A DNA stretch of 62,829 nt, counting the filler, from Globobulimina sp. (Eukaryota), in the NCBI GenBank assembly GCA_003354225.1. It is 30 parts of 30 records of this genome, joined end to end, with 100 filler letters (N's around TTAATTAATTAA, not from the genome) between each part and the next. Parts side by side here need not be neighbours in the genome. Positions count along the whole stretch, not along the records: positions 60,834 to 62,829 come from PIVH01009899.1; 29 more parts are not named here. One strand, given 5' to 3'. This document shows, piece after piece, positions 60,993 through 62,829 of the stretch. Position numbers and translations under genes: made by a program. Positions within the stretch are counted from its first letter, which is position 1. Every line of letters begins with the position of its first letter. A model generated the notes under the pieces. The model did no database searches and was not told the origin of the DNA. It was given only the letters and a program-made list of their open reading frames with translations.

Positions 60993-62618
60993 AATGTTAT
61001 TTTGTAAATGTAGCAACAGAAAAAATAGAACATACAAATTAATCCATTCCTATAAAGATTGTATTGTTGGGAAACAGTCCGTTGATTTTTTAGTTAATAA
61101 ACAAATATCGAAAAATAGGAAAGCTGCGGTACAATTAGCGCAGGAATTTATTGACAAAGGTACTTTATACATTTAATTCTGCCACAAAATGATATTAATA
61201 GCATAAATATGTAGGTTTTATGTCTCATGTGGAGCATAAACATAATTTTAAAGATGGCAATTTTTGGTATAAATTTTATGATGAAAATATTCAATATAAT
61301 TATGATCATTTTAAGCGATATTCGGATGATCATAAAGATGATGAAATATCTGTGAATAACAATGGATATGCGAACCTGTCCTCAGATGAAGAAGATAATG
61401 ACTTTATGCTAAAAGATATTGAGCATGGAATCAAATATCAAATGAATAAAAACGAGAAAATGGATAAATTAGGTACAAATCACGTGGCAGTGATTGAATG
61501 GTTATTATCTTTATATTCTATGAATGAAATACAATCAATGTTTGACGCTCAGTTGGAAGAACTTATAAAAGCTCCTAACGTTTCGCTGATTAATTCAGCC
61601 ACAAATCGTGTGTATTCGCAGTGTAATGAGCCTGCGGATGTTGTAGATGAAAAACAAGAAATATTTTTATCGTATCATAACAAAATGCATTTAAAAATGA
61701 GTAATAAATTCAAATTAAATGTTAAACCATTTACAATGAAAGATATCAGTGATAGGGAGAGGAGGAAGTTATTATCCATACAATCATTCACATTCGATAC
61801 GTATTTAAAGGCATTACAGTTTATATTATGCGATTTATGGTATATTTATAATGAGATTTCAAGAAACATTTATTTAGAAATAATTAATGTGATCAGTATG
61901 GTTGAAAAAGCAAAAATATTATCCATTGGTATTGAATCGAAAAATCGATTGAAAAATTTGAAGAAATATCGAAAATGTTTTGTTGGTTCACAAGCTGTTA
62001 CTTTCTTAGTCAATTCGTATGGAATATATCTTTTTATATATTATAATTATAAATTTCCTCTCAAATATTATTGCTTTTTGCACAGAAAATTGGCAGCAAA
62101 CAGAAAAGCAGCGGTGCGTTTAGGGAATATATTTTATAAAAAAAAATGGTTAATGCACGTCAGAAATGGTATGTTATAAATTTGTGTTGATTTTCAATCT
62201 TCAAATAGTATATGGAATATAATTTATTTTTTGCAGAGTATGCGTTTGAAGATAAAGATATATTTTATCGAATGGTGGATGATGAAGTTGAGAATCGATT
62301 GGATGAATTGTAGGTTTTTATTTTATTTTGTTTTGTATTGATTTGTATTGTTTTGTATGATATGTTTTGTTAATAATTAGGAGATTATATCGGAAACAGC
62401 AACAATCAAATCATGTGAATATATCATTAGATATCGTACAATCGAATGGTCAGAGTGAGGATTCTGATGAGATATTATTTGATTACCATGAAAATGCAAA
62501 ATCTGTACAGTATGAATCATCGCAACTTGATTCTGTTTCAAATTTAGATTATTTCCATCATGATCCAAAAAAACGTTCATCATCGACATCACTTGATGTT
62601 GAACCATTTTTTGATTGA
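60993..62618 (+). CDS. Tandem DEP-domain protein (multi-exon)
   Basis: DEP1 KNRTYKL..YKDCIVGKQSVDFLV...RKAAVQLAQ...HV...FKDG..WYKF; DEP2 KNRLKNLKKYRKCFVGSQAVTFLV...RKAAVRLG...HV...FEDKDIFYR; short GT-AG introns. Confidence 0.82.
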
Positions 62619-62829
62619 TACGTATACGTAATACGTATACAATATACTCAGAATATACTGTTTTTAGTGTTTATATTTTAGGTTAATTTAGTTTTTTATA
62701 TAGCTTTTTTTCATCTTTTTTTTTATATACATTTTATTGATTTATTTTAATTTTTTTTTTTTTCGTTTTTTTTTAATTAAGTTTGCAGTTTGTATACTTT
62801 GCTAATTTGTGAATTGATATTAATAATTT

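Overview
This window is not one locus. It is 30 short contigs (1999 down to 1996 bp, in descending length order) joined by 100-nt artificial spacers (N44-TTAATTAATTAA-N44, stops in all six frames), so adjacency across a spacer means nothing. Most contigs come from an AT-rich eukaryote with short spliceosomal introns (about 46-134 nt). The gene families suggest a rhizarian/foraminiferan protist (inference only): myosin, a CDK-like kinase, an FCP1 phosphatase, a 7TM-RGS gene, a PUB-PP2C fusion, a mitochondrial carrier, an intron-containing phosphonatase (phnX), and PH, DEP, ankyrin, zinc-finger, Pro/Thr-rich and Cys-rich proteins. Mobile or foreign DNA is also present: (i) a 5'-truncated non-LTR retrotransposon that can be rebuilt across two contigs through an exact 119-bp overlap, inserted with a TCGCC duplication into a mucin-like surface-protein gene; (ii) a bacterial integron fragment with an Mrr-type nuclease cassette, an orphan cassette and the start of an OLD/AAA-like gene; (iii) a Polinton/Maverick protein-primed DNA polymerase; (iv) an SF3 helicase of probable viral origin; (v) a terminally redundant contig holding a decayed CMC/Transib-like transposase; (vi) a long-TIR MITE-like element. 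All calls rest on motif recognition by eye; no searches were run.
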